Source of the DNA: Deltaproteobacteria bacterium
Lineage (GTDB): Bacteria; UBA10199; SPLOWO2-01-44-7
DNA length: 42,728 bases
Assembly (NCBI GenBank): GCA_030688705.1
Contig: JAUYJH010000121.1
Coordinates: 1-42,728 of the forward strand
Reading direction: 5' to 3'
The position numbers were made by a program, and so were the translations under genes. The notes beneath the pieces are model-generated. The model worked only from the letters and a program-made list of their open reading frames with translations. It was not told where the DNA came from and made no database searches. This document shows positions 24,309-33,737 of this stretch, one piece after another (the stretch's first letter is position 1; each line of letters begins with the position of its first letter).

Positions 24309-24922
24309 AAAAAACGTTTGGTCAAATTGAGGCGGAACTGCGTGCCAAAGCGGCCAAGTCAAAGTATGTGGGCCGCGGTGGTTTGAAGCTGGAGCATGCT
24401 CTCAAAGAATTCCAAATAGATCCAACCGATAAAATTTGCCTTGATGTCGGCGCTTCGACCGGCGGTTTTACCGATTGTCTCCTCCAACATAATGCCAAAA
24501 AAGTTTATGCGGTCGATGTCGGCTACGGACAATTGGCTTGGAAACTCCGTCAAAATAAAAAAATAGTCGTTTTGGAACGCCAGAATATACGCCATATCTC
24601 CAAAAAAGAACTGCCGGAACCGATTGCATTGGCGGTCATCGATGTCTCTTTCATCTCCCTTAAAAACATTTTTCCGGCGTTGGCCCCATTTTTGTCCCCC
24701 GCCGCAAAAATTGTCGCCTTAATCAAGCCCCAATTTGAAGTGGCTAAAAAAGAGGTGGAAGCCGGCGGCCTTGTGACCGATCCGCTGCTCCACAAAAGAG
24801 TTATTGAAGAAATTATCGATGCCGGAGGCAAAGAACATTGGGCATTTAAAGCGACAACCCCCTCACCCATTCTCGGCGCCGATGGCAATCGGGAATTTCT
24901 CATTTTGTTTGAAGGTCATTAA
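24305..24922 (+). CDS. tlyA: TlyA-family rRNA 2'-O-ribose methyltransferase lacking the N-terminal S4 domain
   Basis: YVGRGGLKLEHALKEFQIDPTDKICLDVGASTGGFTDCLLQHNAKKVYAVDVGYGQLAWKLRQNKKIVVLER is the FtsJ/TlyA core. The GTG start overlaps the preceding stop (GTGA). Only ~20 aa precede the core. Confidence 0.8.
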   Translation: MKKTFGQIEAELRAKAAKSKYVGRGGLKLEHALKEFQIDPTDKICLDVGASTGGFTDCLLQHNAKKVYAVDVGYGQLAWKLRQNKKIVVLERQNIRHISKKELPEPIALAVIDVSFISLKNIFPALAPFLSPAAKIVALIKPQFEVAKKEVEAGGLVTDPLLHKRVIEEIIDAGGKEHWAFKATTPSPILGADGNREFLILFEGH

Positions 24923-24947
24923 ATGGTATATTTGCCTATAATCAAAC

Positions 24948-25042
24948 GTCATTCCGGCGGAAGCCGGAATCCAGTCATAATGTGAATTGCTGGATCCCGA
25001 CTGCAGCCTGCCCCGTACTGCGATACGGGGTCGGCGATGACG
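24948..25042. repeat. Family C composite palindromic element
   Basis: GTCATTCCGGCGGAAGCCGGAATCCAG, then CTGGATCC, then the nested hairpin CCCCGTACTGCGATACGGGG, ending with CGGCGATGACG. It occupies most of the tlyA to TPR intergenic region (24923-25058). Confidence 0.75.
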
Positions 25043-25058
25043 TCGATTTTTTTGATTT

Positions 25059-26657
25059 ATGCGATATTTTTTTTCAATTTTCGTTACACTCTTTTTGCTT
25101 TTAGGGGTTTCTTGCGCCCGCCAATCTTCTTCCAAAGTGGAAAGCCTAAAGGATGAAAAAAACCCCTATTATTACTTTGCCCGTTCCAATCTTGAGTCGT
25201 ATGAAGGTATGATCGACGCTTCCATCGCCGATCTCGAAAAAACAGTCAAAAGTTATCCCGACAGCCCCTACCTTCGCACTCTTTTGGCCCAACGCTACGC
25301 ACAAAACAAACAACTGGGAGAGGCCGCCCTGCAGGTGGAAGCCGCGTTAAAGCTGGACCCGAAGAGGGTCGATGCCAAAATTCTTTTGGCGCAAATTCTG
25401 GAATCTCAAGGCGAGATTACCAAAGCAACGGCCCTTTTCAGACAGGTGGTTCGGGAAAAGCCCGAGTGGGAAGAGGGATACTTAAAGCTGGCGCAAAGCC
25501 TTGTTTACGAAAAAAAATTCCACGAGGCGATCCGCGTTTTGGAAAACATGAAGCGGCGTTTTCCCGATTCTTTGTCGGCCGATTACTACAGCGCCACCAT
25601 TTATCAGGCTTATCTGGATCAGCCGGCAAAAGCCCTGGTCTATTTTGAAAATATTCTGAAAGAAGACCCTGAAAATGTGAAGGTGCGCCACCAGACAGCG
25701 CAGATTTATGTCGATCAAAACAGGATGCGCGAAGCGTTGAAGGAACTGCTTCTCATTGAAAAACAGATGCCCGCCGACCTGGGGCTTCAACTGCAAATCG
25801 CCTCGGTTTATCAGGAGTTGGGCGACATGAAGGAGACCATCGCACGGCTTGAAAATATTTTGAAAGCCAACTCCAATGCCGACCGGATTCACTATTATCT
25901 TGGGTTGGTTTTGGAAAAACAGGGAAGAAACGACGAAGCCCTTGCCCATTTTGCCGATGTTCCTCCGGCATCCTCTTTTTTCAAGGACGCAAGACTGCAC
26001 GAGGCCCTGCTTTACCGGGATTTAAAGCAGGAGGAAAATGCCATACGTGTTTTGGAAAAGGCCATCGCCAAAGACCCCAAAATTGCGCAATTCTATCTTC
26101 TTCTTTCGCTGATGGAAGAGGAGAAAAAAAATGACGACAAGGCGTTTGAGATTTTAAAAAAAGGGGTCCGTGCCGTTCCCGGGGACGAACAGCTCTCCTT
26201 CAATCTGGCCACTTTCTATGACCGTCTTGGCAAGAGGGAAGAGGCTCTTAAGCTGATGCGCAAAACGCTGGAGATCAACCCAAAAAACGCTTCCGCCCTG
26301 AATTATATCGGCTATGCGTACGCGGAAGAGGGGAAAAATCTCGATGAGGCGGAAAAGCTGGTTCAAGAGGCGCTTGCCTTGAAGCCCAACGATGGTTTTA
26401 TCGTCGATTCCTTGGGCTGGGTTTATTACCAGAAGGGGGAATATAAAAAATCTCTTGCGACTCTCGAGAGGGCGGCGCGTCTGTTGCCGAAAGAGCCGGT
26501 CATCAACGAACATCTGGGGGATGTCTGGCTGAAATTGGGGAATAAACAAAAGGCCTTAAGCTATTTCAAAAAGTCTTTGGAGTTTGAAAAAGAAAAAGAG
26601 GATGGAAACAGAGAGGATATGGAGCGTGTGGAAGGGAAAATCCGGCAGATACAATAG
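25059..26657 (+). CDS. TPR-repeat lipoprotein
   Basis: Lipobox LLLGVSC, then more than 10 TPR-like units (for example ALNYIGYAYAEEGKNLDEAEKLVQEALALKPNDGFIVDSLGWVYYQKGEYKKS). Confidence 0.8.
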   Translation: MRYFFSIFVTLFLLLGVSCARQSSSKVESLKDEKNPYYYFARSNLESYEGMIDASIADLEKTVKSYPDSPYLRTLLAQRYAQNKQLGEAALQVEAALKLDPKRVDAKILLAQILESQGEITKATALFRQVVREKPEWEEGYLKLAQSLVYEKKFHEAIRVLENMKRRFPDSLSADYYSATIYQAYLDQPAKALVYFENILKEDPENVKVRHQTAQIYVDQNRMREALKELLLIEKQMPADLGLQLQIASVYQELGDMKETIARLENILKANSNADRIHYYLGLVLEKQGRNDEALAHFADVPPASSFFKDARLHEALLYRDLKQEENAIRVLEKAIAKDPKIAQFYLLLSLMEEEKKNDDKAFEILKKGVRAVPGDEQLSFNLATFYDRLGKREEALKLMRKTLEINPKNASALNYIGYAYAEEGKNLDEAEKLVQEALALKPNDGFIVDSLGWVYYQKGEYKKSLATLERAARLLPKEPVINEHLGDVWLKLGNKQKALSYFKKSLEFEKEKEDGNREDMERVEGKIRQIQ

Positions 26658-26750
26658 GACCAAGGACAAAGGACCAAGGACAAAGGACCAAAAGCAAAAG
26701 AATAATTGGTCCATGGTCCATGGTCCATGGTCCATGGTCCTGTTTTTTTT
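26657..26750. repeat. Family D heptamer hairpin, copy 2, followed by T8
   Basis: (GGACCAA/GGACAAA) x5 (26657-26691), a 15-nt loop, TGGTCCA x4 plus TGGTCCT (26707-26741), then G and T8 (26743-26750). It starts at the last base of the TPR gene stop codon and covers the start region of the SBP gene. Confidence 0.85.
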
Positions 26751-28299
26751 GTCCTTTGTCCTTCTTTTATCTTCCTGCACCTTCAAGGTCCCGAAAGATC
26801 CTCACGCCCTTGTCCAGAATCTGCCATCCGATCCGGAAACGCTGAATCCGATTACCTCTTCATCGGCCTACGCCGTCGCGGTTTACGGGTTCATTTACGA
26901 ACAGCTCTTCGAATTGGACAACGAAACGCTCCTGCCAAAACCGGTTTTGGCAAAGCGGTGGGAAATCTCCCCGAACCGGATGCAATATACGTTTTATCTT
27001 CGCGAGGATGTGCGGTGGCAGGATGGCAAACCGCTCACCGCCGATGATGTGATTTATACCTATGAGACCATTCAAAATCCGAAAGTCGATGCCGCTTCCT
27101 TGCGCAACTATTACCGGGATGTTTTGAAGGCCGAAAAACTGGGGCCCCATGCCGTTCGGTTCACCTATCGCAATCCCTACGCCGGCGCCCTTTATACATT
27201 GGGTCTGATGATGGTCCTCCCGAAACATATTTTTGACGACGGGCGCGATTTTAACATCCATCCCGCCAATCGCAAACCTGTGGGGAGCGGCCCTTATGTT
27301 TTTGAGGAATGGAAAACGGGGCAAAGAATTGTGCTCAAACACCATAACAAATATTGGCGCGAGTCTTATCATTTCAAAAAACTGATTTTTAAGATTGTTC
27401 CAAGCGGAGAGACGGCGTTCCAGCTTTTTAAAAAGGGAGACATTGATTTAATAGATATTTCTCCTCTTCAGTGGGCCAGGCAGACGGAGAGCGAGAAATT
27501 TACCCGGAAATTTGTGAAACATCAATATTTCACACCCTTTTCTGCCTATAATTATATCGGTTGGAATGAAAAAAGACCCATCTTTCAGGATAAAAGAGTC
27601 CGTTTGGCGCTGGCCCATCTTGTCGACAGAACGACCATCAATGAAAAATTGCTTTTCGGGCTCTACATGCCGATTACCGGGCCCTATTATCCTTTGGGAG
27701 CCAATTATGACAAGAGTTTGCCGCCTATCGATTATAATTTGGAAAAGGCAAAACAATTGTTGAACGAGGCTGAATGGATTGATCACGACGGCGACGGGAT
27801 TCGCGATAAAAAAGGGGTGCCTCTTCGGTTCACCATGCTTTTTTCAACCGGGGTTCAGTTTTATGAGCAGCTCACCCCCATTTTACAGCAGAATTTTGCG
27901 CGAGCCGGCATTGAACTGGATCTAAGAAGATTAGAGGCGGTGACCCTTTTTAGGCTTTTGGGAGAACATGATTTTGATTGTTATGTGGCCGGGTGGGGTC
28001 GCGGCGCGGGGATTGAAGATCTGTACCAGACATTCCACTCTTCGCAGGCGGCCGGGGGATCCAATTTTGTGAGTTATGCCAATCCGCAAGTCGATCGCCT
28101 TTTGGAAGAGGGGCGGCGTGAATTTGATTCCAAAAAGAGAAGCGTGATTTATCAACAGGTTCATCGTCTTTTGTACGAAGACCAACCATATCTTTTTATG
28201 TTCGCCCGGCCCGAACTTTTGGCGAGAGACAAACGTTTCAAGAATGTTAAGGAATACCCGATTGGGTTGGATATGAGGGAGTGGATGGTGGAAGAATGA
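26713..28299 (+). CDS. ABC transporter substrate-binding lipoprotein, family 5 (Opp/Dpp peptide/nickel type)
   Basis: Lipobox LLLSSC, then LNPITSSSAYAVAVYGFIYEQLFELD...LAKRWEISPNRMQYTFYLREDVRWQDGKPLTADDV, typical of SBP family 5. The start is ATG 26713 or 26734, both inside the repeat. Confidence 0.85.
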   Translation: MVHGPWSMVLFFLSFVLLLSSCTFKVPKDPHALVQNLPSDPETLNPITSSSAYAVAVYGFIYEQLFELDNETLLPKPVLAKRWEISPNRMQYTFYLREDVRWQDGKPLTADDVIYTYETIQNPKVDAASLRNYYRDVLKAEKLGPHAVRFTYRNPYAGALYTLGLMMVLPKHIFDDGRDFNIHPANRKPVGSGPYVFEEWKTGQRIVLKHHNKYWRESYHFKKLIFKIVPSGETAFQLFKKGDIDLIDISPLQWARQTESEKFTRKFVKHQYFTPFSAYNYIGWNEKRPIFQDKRVRLALAHLVDRTTINEKLLFGLYMPITGPYYPLGANYDKSLPPIDYNLEKAKQLLNEAEWIDHDGDGIRDKKGVPLRFTMLFSTGVQFYEQLTPILQQNFARAGIELDLRRLEAVTLFRLLGEHDFDCYVAGWGRGAGIEDLYQTFHSSQAAGGSNFVSYANPQVDRLLEEGRREFDSKKRSVIYQQVHRLLYEDQPYLFMFARPELLARDKRFKNVKEYPIGLDMREWMVEE

Positions 28300-28302
28300 A
28301 TA

Positions 28303-28438
28303 CAAATTCTAAATCCCAAATCCGAAATCCTAAACAAATCCCAAACTTCAAATTCCAATGTTTCAAACAACTGTTTGGAATTTGGAAAATTGGCGTTTGG
28401 GATTTGTTTAGAATTTAGAAATTAGAGTTTAGGATTTT
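28303..28438. repeat. Family E AT-rich long hairpin, ORF-less copy
   Basis: The left arm CAAATTCTAAATCCCAAATCCGAAATCCTAAACAAATCCCAAACTTCAAATTCCAA is imperfectly complementary to the right arm TTGGAATTTGGAAAATTGGCGTTTGGGATTTGTTTAGAATTTAGAAATTAGAGTTTAGGATTTT. It fills the entire gap between the SBP and permease genes. Confidence 0.85.
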
Positions 28439-29443
28439 ATGTTGCTATATATCTTAAAAAGAATCCTGCTGATGGTGCCCACTCTCATTGGCATCATTTT
28501 TATCACTTTTATGGTGATTCGTCTGGCGCCGGGGGATCCCGCGGAAATGAAGCTCCGCAGCGGGGCGGGAGGGATGCTGGCTGATAAATCGGCCGTCTCG
28601 ATTGTGGAAGAGACCCGCAAACTTTACGGCCTGGACAAACCGATCGCGGTGCAATTTGGCATCTGGGTCAAGAGGGTGGCCACGTTCGATTTTGGCGATT
28701 CCTACAAAGACCATCAGCCGGTTTTGGGTAAAATCGCCACGGCCCTTCCGATTACGCTGACCTTGAACATCATCACCATTTTCATCGTTTATCTGGTTTC
28801 GATTCCTTGGGGGATTGTCTCGGCCGTTAAACCGACGGGACTCTTTGATCGTGTCAGTGCGTTGATCTTGTTTGTTTTATACTCTCTCCCCTCGTTTTGG
28901 GTCGCCTTGATGCTGATTATTTTTGTCGCCGGCGGCGATTATCTCAACCTGTTTCCGATCGCCGGATTTATTTCGGATGAAGCCTATCAACTCAATTTTT
29001 TTCAAAAAATGGGAAATGTGGCGTGGCACCTTGTTTTGCCGGTGGTCTGCCTGACCTACGGGAGCTTTTCGTTTCTGGCCCGCTTCAGCCGCGCCACCAT
29101 GCTGGAGGTGATTCATCAAGATTACATCCGCACCGCACGGGCCAAGGGTTTAAGCGAATGGAAGGTCATTGTGAAACACGGGTTTCGCAATGCCTTGATC
29201 CCGCAACTAACTTTATTGGGGACATTATTGCCGGCTTTGCTCGGCGGCTCTGTCATTATCGAGCAGATTTTTGCGATACCCGGCATGGGGCGGCTCGGTT
29301 TTGAGGCGGTGTTAAACCGCGACTATCCTCTGATCATGGGGATTGCCACGATCGACGCCTTTTTGACCCTGATCAGTCTGTTGATCAGCGATCTTTTATA
29401 TGTGGCGGTCGATCCAAGAATTACGTTTGAAGGGAATTTATAA
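28439..29443 (+). CDS. ABC peptide transporter permease (OppB/DppB type)
   Basis: MLLYILKRILLMVPTLIGIIFITFMVIRLAPGDP N-terminus and the EAA-loop region DYIRTARAKGLSEWKVIVKHGFRNALIP. Confidence 0.9.
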   Translation: MLLYILKRILLMVPTLIGIIFITFMVIRLAPGDPAEMKLRSGAGGMLADKSAVSIVEETRKLYGLDKPIAVQFGIWVKRVATFDFGDSYKDHQPVLGKIATALPITLTLNIITIFIVYLVSIPWGIVSAVKPTGLFDRVSALILFVLYSLPSFWVALMLIIFVAGGDYLNLFPIAGFISDEAYQLNFFQKMGNVAWHLVLPVVCLTYGSFSFLARFSRATMLEVIHQDYIRTARAKGLSEWKVIVKHGFRNALIPQLTLLGTLLPALLGGSVIIEQIFAIPGMGRLGFEAVLNRDYPLIMGIATIDAFLTLISLLISDLLYVAVDPRITFEGNL

Positions 29444-29445
29444 GT

Positions 29446-30294
29446 ATGCACGAATCCTATTGGCAACAGGTGTGGCAGCAATACAAACGCTCAAGTCTGG
29501 CCGTGGCCGCTTTGGGCCTTGTGTTGATTCTGGGGTTTGTGGCGTTGGCCGCCCCATGGCTTAGCCCCTATTCCCCCGATGCCTATGATTTAAATCAGAT
29601 TCTTATAGCACCGAGTACGGTCCATTGGCTGGGCACCGATGATCTGGGGCGCGATGTCTTGAGCCGCATGATTTATGGTTCGCGCGTTTCTTTGAGCGTC
29701 GGCTTTGTCGCCGTCGGCATTTATGTTTTGATCGGCATTATTCTGGGTGCCTTGGCGGGGTATTACGGCGGCTGGATCGATGTCCTTATCTCCCGTGCGA
29801 TTGAAGTCATGCTCTGTTTTCCGACTTTTTTCCTGATTTTGGCGGTATTGGCCTTTGTCGGCCCCAGCATCTATAACATCATGATCGTGATCGGTGTCAC
29901 CCAGTGGACCGGTATTGCCCGTTTGGTGCGCGGCGAATTTCTGAAATTCAGAAACCGTGAATTTGTTTTGGGGGCCAGACAGATCGGCGCCGGCGATATC
30001 CGTATTATCTTCAAATATCTTCTGCCCAATTCGATAGCGCCTGTTTTGGTTTCAGCCAGTTTCGGCGTCGCCTCCGCCATTTTGACGGAGAGCGCTTTAT
30101 CCTTTTTGGGTTTTGGGGTGCCGCCGCAAGTTCCCAGTTGGGGGGCCATTCTGTCGCAGGCGCAAAGTTTTATGGATGTGGCTTGGTGGCTCACTTTGGC
30201 CCCCGGCTTGGCCCTGTTTATCACGATTACCGCCTACAATCTGGTGGGTGAGGGTTTAAGAGATGCGATTGATCCGAGATTAAAAAATTTATGA
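29446..30294 (+). CDS. ABC peptide transporter permease (OppC/DppC type)
   Basis: WLGTDDLGRDVLSRMIYGSRVSL and EFVLGARQIGAGDIRIIFKYLLPN. It starts 2 nt after the previous stop. Confidence 0.9.
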   Translation: MHESYWQQVWQQYKRSSLAVAALGLVLILGFVALAAPWLSPYSPDAYDLNQILIAPSTVHWLGTDDLGRDVLSRMIYGSRVSLSVGFVAVGIYVLIGIILGALAGYYGGWIDVLISRAIEVMLCFPTFFLILAVLAFVGPSIYNIMIVIGVTQWTGIARLVRGEFLKFRNREFVLGARQIGAGDIRIIFKYLLPNSIAPVLVSASFGVASAILTESALSFLGFGVPPQVPSWGAILSQAQSFMDVAWWLTLAPGLALFITITAYNLVGEGLRDAIDPRLKNL

Positions 30295-30314
30295 GATGTC
30301 ATCGGCGTGTCGGT

Positions 30315-30411
30315 GTCATTGCGAGGACTGCGAGCGCAACGAAGCAGGACGAAGCAATCTCTCGGTAAGAACGGGAGATTGCCGCGTCGCCTAAAGGCTC
30401 CTCGCAATGAC
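30315..30411. repeat. Family A palindromic element, complete copy
   Basis: GTCATTGCGAGGACTGCGAGCGCAACGAAGCAGGACGAAGCAATCTCTCGG...GGGAGATTGCCGCGTCGCC...CTCCTCGCAATGAC, in the permease to ATPase intergenic region. Confidence 0.8.
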
Positions 30412-30442
30412 TTAGTGATAGTGTGTTAATAGGAAAATAAAT

Positions 30443-32227
30443 ATGAGCCTCCTCGAAGTCAAAAATTTAAAGACCTATTTTCGCACCCCTTTAGGCGCCG
30501 TGAAGGCGGTCGATGATGTCTCTTTTACAATCGAAAAAGGGGAATCGGTCGGATTGGTGGGCGAATCGGGGAGCGGCAAAAGCGTTCTTTCTTTGTCTCT
30601 GCTCCGTCTCGTTCCGCCACCCGGAAAAATCGTCGGCGGTGAAATTCGGTTCAACGGCCAAAATCTTTTGGATTTTTCCAAGGAAGAGATTCGACGCATC
30701 CGCGGAAAAAAGATCGCCATGATTTTTCAGGAGCCGATGACCTCTTTGAATCCCGTTTTCACCATCGGCGACCAGATTGCGGAAGCCATTCTTTTGCACG
30801 ATGGAGGAAGCAAGTCACAAGCCAATTTGCGCGTTTTGGAGCTTTTAAAAATGGTGGGGCTCCCCGCCGCATCGGAACGGATCGGCACTTTTCCCCATCA
30901 ACTCTCCGGAGGCATGCGGCAAAGAGTCATGATTGCCATGGCCCTGGCCTGCAGGCCCGATTTGCTGATTGCCGATGAGCCGACCACCGCGCTCGATGTC
31001 ACCATCCAGGCACAAATTCTTACACTCCTCAAAAATTTACAGCAGGAGCTGGGAATGGCCCTTCTTTTGATCACACACGATTTCGGCGTGGTCGCCGAAG
31101 TCGCCCATAAAGTGATGGTGATGCAAGGCGGTGTGATGGTGGAAAAGGCATCCGTTGGGGATATTTTTAAAAAGCCGCAGCATGGTTATACAAAAAAACT
31201 GCTCGATGCCATTCTTCCCCTTGAAAAAACATCGGTCAGAGAGCCTTTGCCTTTTGCCGATACAAGGGAGTCGATTCTGCAGGCCCAAAATTTGGTGAAA
31301 CATTTTGGAGCGGTTCAGGCGGTGAACGGGGTCTCTTTTTCTGTTTCAAAAGGAGAGACGCTGGGGATTGTGGGGGAATCGGGCTGTGGTAAAACAACGC
31401 TCGGGTTTATGCTGATGCGTCTTTTAAAACCCGATGCCGGTTCCCTGTTTTTCGAAAAAAACGATATTACCTGGGCTTCCTCCCGAAAATTAAAACCGCT
31501 GCGCGCCAGATTGCAAATGGTTTTCCAAGACCCTTATGCTTCGCTCAACCCCCGGATGTATGCGGGCGAAATTATTGAAGAACCTTTGGTGATCCATAAA
31601 AGGGGAGACAGAAGAGAAAGGCGGAAAAGGGTTTTAAAACTTTTGGATATTGTCGGTTTGAGCGAGCGGGATTTCGGCAAATATCCGCACGAATTCAGCG
31701 GCGGCCAGCGCCAGCGGATCGGCATTGCGCGGGCCATTGCCTTGAACCCGGATGTGATCGTCGCCGATGAGCCGGTCTCGGCGTTGGATGTTTCCATTCA
31801 GGGGGACATCCTCAATCTTTTCAAAAATCTGCAGAATGAATTGCATCTGACTTATATTTTTATTTCTCATGATCTGAAAGTAATCTCCCAAGTCAGCGAC
31901 CGGATTGCCGTGATGTACCTTGGAAAAATTGTAGAGACTTTTGCGGCTGAAAAACTCTCCACGGCGAAACACCCCTATACGCAGGCCCTGTTGCTTTCCG
32001 TGCCGCTTCCCGATCCGTTTCACAAAAGGGGCCTGAAACCTTTGCAAGGAGATGTTCCCTCACAGATTCAAATCCCCTCCGGTTGTTCCTTTCACCCCCG
32101 CTGTCCGTACCGTGAAGAGCGTTGTTTTCATGAAGAACCGAAGCTGGAGCCTCATGGCAGCGATCCGCAACACCTTGCCGCATGCCACTTTACGAACAAA
32201 GTTTTGCCGAAGGTTCCTTTGGCGTAA
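30443..32227 (+). CDS. Fused double ABC ATPase (OppD/OppF-like halves in one polypeptide)
   Basis: Two full ABC cassettes. Cassette 1: [28 protein letters not shown]. Cassette 2: [28 protein letters not shown]. The C-terminal oligopeptide-ATPase Cys motif is CSFHPRCPY. Confidence 0.9.
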   Translation: MSLLEVKNLKTYFRTPLGAVKAVDDVSFTIEKGESVGLVGESGSGKSVLSLSLLRLVPPPGKIVGGEIRFNGQNLLDFSKEEIRRIRGKKIAMIFQEPMTSLNPVFTIGDQIAEAILLHDGGSKSQANLRVLELLKMVGLPAASERIGTFPHQLSGGMRQRVMIAMALACRPDLLIADEPTTALDVTIQAQILTLLKNLQQELGMALLLITHDFGVVAEVAHKVMVMQGGVMVEKASVGDIFKKPQHGYTKKLLDAILPLEKTSVREPLPFADTRESILQAQNLVKHFGAVQAVNGVSFSVSKGETLGIVGESGCGKTTLGFMLMRLLKPDAGSLFFEKNDITWASSRKLKPLRARLQMVFQDPYASLNPRMYAGEIIEEPLVIHKRGDRRERRKRVLKLLDIVGLSERDFGKYPHEFSGGQRQRIGIARAIALNPDVIVADEPVSALDVSIQGDILNLFKNLQNELHLTYIFISHDLKVISQVSDRIAVMYLGKIVETFAAEKLSTAKHPYTQALLLSVPLPDPFHKRGLKPLQGDVPSQIQIPSGCSFHPRCPYREERCFHEEPKLEPHGSDPQHLAACHFTNKVLPKVPLA

Positions 32228-32254
32228 TATTTGTCAAAATGTCCTTCAGGATAT

Positions 32255-32506
32255 GAGTTTGAAAATTCAGCGACATTGGCAAAAGCGCGAGCGAACCGAT
32301 TGAGAAAAGACGCGACATTCAGCAAGCTCGGATGCGACGCTCGCGCGTCGCCTATTAAACGCTGTCGCGGGGTCGACCCAAAAAATTCGCTCCTATGTCG
32401 GCGATTTTGGTTATGGATCCCGGATGTGAAAATCGCCTTACGCAGGCTTTTCTCAATCGGTTCGCTGGCGCTTTTGCCGCATTTGCTTTAACGAATTTTC
32501 AAACTC
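32255..32506. repeat. Long imperfect inverted repeat (about 55-nt arms around a ~137-nt core), either a MITE-like element or a structured RNA
   Basis: The left arm is GAGTTTGAAAATTC...GCAAAAGCGCGAGCGAACCGATTGAGAAAAG (32255-32309). The reverse complement of 32447-32506 is GAGTTTGAAAATTC...GCAAAAGCGCCAGCGAACCGATTGAGAAAAG. Weaker complementarity extends to about 32236 and 32525. Confidence 0.6.
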
Positions 32507-32577
32507 AATCCTTCCGGCCATTTTGATTGCCTCCATTCCTGCTCTCCCTTTGACAGTACGCTTGGGGTAAGGGGTGG

Positions 32578-32718
32578 GCAAAAAAAATCCTAAATTCGAA
32601 TATCTAAATCCTAAACAAATCCTAAATTCCAAATTTTAATATTCAAACAACGGTTTGAAATTTGTAGTTTGGAAAATTAGAAATTGTTTAGAATTTAGGA
32701 TTTCGTGCTTAGAATTTT
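32578..32718 (-). repeat. Family E AT-rich long hairpin, ORF-less copy, followed on the minus strand by T8 (possible terminator of the radical SAM gene)
   Basis: The arms share the core TCCTAAACAAATCC / GAAATTGTTTAGAATTTAGGA with copies 1 and 2. The A8 run at 32580-32587 becomes U8 immediately 3' of the hairpin on the minus strand, 54 nt downstream of the stop at 32772. Confidence 0.6.
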
Positions 32719-32771
32719 GACCATTCAGGTCAGGCGCTAGCCAATGCCAGGCCACACCCCGCGCCACAAGC

Positions 32772-33698
32772 TTAGTTGGAAAACCCCAGTGCTTTTCCCT
32801 GCCAGCTGTCCCTTTTTTCGAGTTCATTTTCCACGGCATTAAAAACTCCCAATTTGTTGACCGACCAATCGGGGGCCAGTGTCAAATCTCTTGGGGCATG
32901 GGCGTTGAGCCTGTGGACCAGCAGATGGGGAGGAGTCTGTTCCAGAAAATCGACGCCCCAATCGACAAAAGTTTCCAAATCGAGAGGTGTATATTCACCC
33001 CTTTGATATTCATTGGCGAGCGTGGTTCCTTTGACGACATGCAGGTTGTGGATTTTGATTCCGTGTATCGGTTGTGTCGCCAGATACCGCGCTGTTTCCA
33101 AAACATCTTTTCTTGTCTCGCCGGGGAGCCCCAAGACCGCGTGGGCGCAGACGGGGATAGGGTATCGGCTCAAAATTTTCATCGCCTCGCTGAATTGCCG
33201 CCGCGTATGCCATCGGTTGATTTTTGCCAAAACCGCGTCGTTGGCGCTTTGCAATCCCAACTCTATCCAGCAGATTTTATTTTTTCCAAATTTAAGGAGG
33301 CTCTCTATCCATGCTTCATCAATGCAATCGGGGCGGGTAGAGAGGGCAAGGCCCACGACATCAGGATGGTCGAGACTCTCTTTAAATTTTTCCAAAAGAA
33401 TTTTTTTGTCGCCGTAGGTGGAGGTAAAACTCTGAAAATAAGAGATAAATTTGGGAGTCCTGTGACGCTTTTTGACATAGGCGATCCCCTCTTTGAGTTG
33501 GGTCGCGATCGATTGTCCCCTTCTATTTTTGGCCAAGGCCAAAGGAGAATAGGCGGCATCGTTGCAAAAACTGCACCCACCCTTTGCCAAGGTTCCATCC
33601 AGATTGGGGCAGGTGGTCGCCGCGGTGAGGCTCACCTTGTAAACCTTGGAGCCGTATTTCTCTTTAAGCCAGCTCGATAAATCTCTGTACCTCTTCAT
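32772..33698 (-). CDS. Radical SAM protein, TIGR01212 (YhcC-like) family
   Basis: CPNLDGTLAKGGCSFCN cluster motif, FISYFQSFTSTY and WIELGLQS...INRWHT, typical of the TIGR01212 family. Confidence 0.85.
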   Translation of the reverse strand: MKRYRDLSSWLKEKYGSKVYKVSLTAATTCPNLDGTLAKGGCSFCNDAAYSPLALAKNRRGQSIATQLKEGIAYVKKRHRTPKFISYFQSFTSTYGDKKILLEKFKESLDHPDVVGLALSTRPDCIDEAWIESLLKFGKNKICWIELGLQSANDAVLAKINRWHTRRQFSEAMKILSRYPIPVCAHAVLGLPGETRKDVLETARYLATQPIHGIKIHNLHVVKGTTLANEYQRGEYTPLDLETFVDWGVDFLEQTPPHLLVHRLNAHAPRDLTLAPDWSVNKLGVFNAVENELEKRDSWQGKALGFSN

Positions 33699-33703
33699 GT
33701 GGA

Positions 33704-33737
33704 GAGATTGCTTCGTCGCTTCGCTCCTCGCAATGAC
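33704..33737. repeat. Family A half element
   Basis: GAGATTGCTTCGTCGCTTCGCTCCTCGCAATGAC lies 6 nt upstream of the radical SAM start codon on the minus strand. Confidence 0.7.

Noticed and set aside
26657-26741. Tandem short repeats considered as a possible CRISPR array (also 1251-1345)
   Set aside because: The units are only 7 nt, directly abutting with no spacers, and arranged as inverted arrays. No cas genes are present.
29023-29039. TGGCAC...TTTGC sigma-54-like motif
   Set aside because: The spacing between the GG and GC elements is off by one relative to the consensus, and the site is in the middle of the oppB-like coding region.
32231-32491. 86-aa ORF after the ABC ATPase gene
   Set aside because: It lies inside the long imperfect palindrome. 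It has an implausible Cys/Arg-rich composition and no RBS.
32898-33680. 260-aa plus-strand ORF
   Set aside because: It is antisense to the TIGR01212 radical SAM gene, which has the diagnostic Cys cluster. The plus-strand product has no recognisable features.
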